This document shows positions 61,281 through 64,000 of a DNA stretch of 64,000 nt, piece by piece (the first letter of the stretch is position 1; the number at the start of each line of letters is the position of its first letter). The notes under the pieces are model-generated. The model ran no database searches. It was not told the DNA's origin and saw only the letters and a program-made list of their open reading frames with translations. The translations under genes and the position numbers were made by a program. Source of the stretch: Basidiobolus meristosporus CBS 931.73 (lineage: Eukaryota; Fungi; Basidiobolomycota); NCBI GenBank assembly GCA_002104905.1, contig MCFE01000372.1, positions 21,120 to 85,119 on the forward strand, read 5' to 3'.

Positions 61281-61420
61281 TATTTGGCACCCAACGTGGG
61301 GGGTTCATACAAGCTCCCTAGGACCCAACAAGATTTACCTGAAGATTTGAGCTGTTATCCACCTATTGAAAAGAGACTACCGATATTACCAAGATTACAA
61401 CACCAACCTACCTGCCCAAC

Positions 61421-64000
61421 ATGAACTCTATGCCATTACCACTCTCACATGGAGCCCCACAGTTTGATGGAAAGAATGTGGAAAGCTTCATATTCAAATG
61501 GGAGAAGCTCTGCAAGATGTGCAGCCTATCTGAACAAGAAATGGCTGAAGACTTCCCCTACTACTGCACCGATGATATTACCACTAAGCTTCTCAGACAA
61601 GGAGACATTCTCACTGACTGGGCCTTAATGAAGACCTACCTACAGACCGAGTATGGTAGACCCCAGATATACTATGGAATTGAAGATCTCAGGCACTTTG
61701 GAAGAACTGGACTTTCCAAGCTACCACTTGAAGAGTTCATTCAACAGTATGAAGATATGGCCAAGCCACTCCTAGAGTCCCAGGCTATAACTGAGTTTAC
61801 CATGACACTTTACCTTGCACAAGGGCTTCCCCAGGACTTGGCAAGGAAAGTTGACTTACATGCTGCCAAGGATGACAAGTCTGGCATTCCTTGCTTTGCA
61901 GAGATGAAACGTGTTCTCCTAGAGGCAAAGCAAACTTCTACCTTTATGAGACTCCTGACATCTAATCTGCCAGACCAGTCAACCAAGGAGCCAAGGAGTG
62001 CTGCTGCTGACAATCAGACCTACACTACCGACAGAATTGACCAACTTGCTGAACAGTTACAAAAGCTAGCCCTCAAGATTAATGGCTCAGCTGAGGTTCC
62101 TACTGAGGGACAAAGACCTTTGCCCAGGCACTGCATCTGGTGTGACTCTACTCAGCATGCCAGACAAGAATGCTCAGAGCTTAGTCAGCTACTCAGAGAA
62201 GGAGCAGTACAGTTTGATGCTGATGGAATGCTTGCTGACAAGGAAGGAAGAAGGATTCCCACTAATTTCCGAAGAGGAGGGATGAGAGCCCTTTTCCAGA
62301 AATCTGACTCAGCAACCAGAAAGATTACTGTTGATGCCCCTATTGGGACTCATAAAGTGAATCCAAGCAGCTCTGACAACAGACAATATGAAGTTGATGC
62401 CTTTGCTACCAAAAGACACCTCCCTGAAGAACCTGCCAAACCCATCCTTAGAAGACCACGATTTGAAGAACCTGAAGTTGTTATTGACAAGAGGCCTAGT
62501 ATGCTGCCCACCCAAGATCCATTGCCTCACTTTCAGATGACCTCAAAGATAACAAGCTACTCAAGCCCTCAACTGATTACTGAGAAGCTGCTGAAGCAGA
62601 ACCTCACTTTGTCGGTTGGAGAAATCATGAGTGTATCCCCATCTGTTAGGAAGACCTTTGATGAGCAGCTTAGAACAAGACGACAAGCTGTTGAACATAT
62701 GGACACCCATATAATTCACACAAACCATGAAGACCACCAAAAAGATGACAACACTACTGAGTATAAGACCTTTTACTCAGTTGCAACTGCTGTGGTGAAA
62801 GGATATATATATGATGACCCTGTTGACTGCCATATTGACAGTGGCTCAGAGATTTGTGTTATGCCGCTAGACTTCTGGAAGACACTTAGAAGCAAGGAGC
62901 TACTGCCTGTTGATAGAGATATTGGATGGAACATGACTGATGCAAACTCAGGATCTAGTCCACTCTATGGTGTAGTGCACAAGTTCCCTATTGAGGTACA
63001 AGGAATCAAGGTCTGGCTTCCCCTCTTCATCTGCCAGAAGGCAAACTTTGACCTTCTGCTAGGTAGACCATGGGAAACCAGTACTAAGGCTACAACTACC
63101 AACTATTCCGATGGGTCAGTATGGTACACCATACAAGGATCCAATCCCAGGACTACAGTCAACCTTCTGTGGTGTAACACCCAACAATAAGAGGACACAT
63201 ACTGCTTGCCAGAAGACACATCTTGTTATGGAAGAAGATGAAGAGCCTGACAATATACACCCCAACATTTGGAGCTGCTCATTAGGTATACAGGAGCAAA
63301 CAGCTATGGTTCGAACAAAATACAAGACAGTAGAACAGAAGATTAGACCATCACTTACACCTTTGACTGATGGATCCCGACCTGCTGATTACATTAGACC
63401 ACCAGAAGAAACACCAGATGATACACGACTTACACCTGAGAGACTTAAGCAACTTATCATTGGTGATGGAAACCTTACACCAGAGGAGATACTATTATTT
63501 AAGGAGACCTTGAAAAGGCATGATAAGGTCTTCTCATATAATGACAAGGAGATGGGACTCTTAAAGACATTGGTTGAAAAACCCATCAAGATTCATACAG
63601 TGCCCCACACACCCTGGTCATTTAAGCCTTACCCACTGCCCAGAGGACTCCAAGCTGATGTGCATGACCTACTTAAGAAGAAGATAGAAGCTGGTATCCT
63701 AGAACCTTGCCATGGACCCTATGCTAACAGATGGTTTGTGACCAAAAAGAAGAATGGAAAGCTCCGATTCATTCAAGACATGCAACCTGCAAATGCTGTC
63801 ACTATCAGAGATGCTGCTATACCTCCATCTATTGATGACTTTGCAGAAAGCTTTAGTGGCCACTCCATCTACTCAACATACGATCTCTACTCAGGATATG
63901 ACCAGATTCCCCTTGATGAGACATCAAGAGATATGTTTGCACTACAGACGCCATTTGGACTATTAAGGATGACAAGACTCAGCCAAGGGGCTACAAACTC
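61421..64000 (+). pseudogene. Gypsy copy 2 gag-pol, frameshifted, running off the window
   Basis: About 99% identical to 55316-57895. An extra C in AATCCCAGG (~63147; copy 1 has AATCCAGG) ends the ORF at 63190. Confidence 0.92.

Noticed and set aside
61209-61424. Upstream ORF crossing the LTR/PBS of Gypsy copy 2
   Set aside because: The equivalent frame in intact copy 1 has a TAA right after the LTR end (~55176), so it is not conserved.

Overview
Eukaryotic, intron-containing DNA, most likely from an early-diverging (non-Dikarya) fungus; the taxon is inferred from gene content only. The window has two halves. 1-~39,100 is CpG-rich host DNA: an amino-acid permease (5'-truncated by the window edge), an Ecl1-family protein, a SAM+HMG-box+AT-hook protein, a small secreted/GPI-like protein, a bestrophin plus a probable decayed bestrophin copy, a stand-alone Psd2-type C2 protein, a CBM18+CE4 chitin deacetylase, an 11.7-kb BEACH/WD40/FYVE gene head-to-head with a CINP-like gene, an Rtp1/TANGO6 gene, a small acidic secreted protein, a Ppn2-like metallophosphoesterase and an unusual redoxin-like+F-box fusion. 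~40,400-64,000 is a strongly CpG-depleted transposon nest. It holds three same-orientation copies of one CMC/CACTA-type element nested inside each other, each starting at a CCCTA-like terminus. The youngest copy carries a Tnp2-type transposase and a divergent 664-codon ORF2 of unrecognised family. The nest also holds a dead Copia element (349-bp LTRs, AGTTT/AGTAT TSD), a 733-bp foldback/MITE-like palindrome (ACT TSD, empty site visible in the window), and a tandem LTR-internal-LTR-internal Ty3/Gypsy array (~1.07-kb LTRs, tRNA-Lys PBS) whose first copy has an intact 1617-aa polyprotein. Best novelty candidates: the redoxin-like/F-box fusion and the two-gene CMC element with its uncharacterised ORF2. 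Exon boundaries, counts and family calls were made by eye, without database searches.
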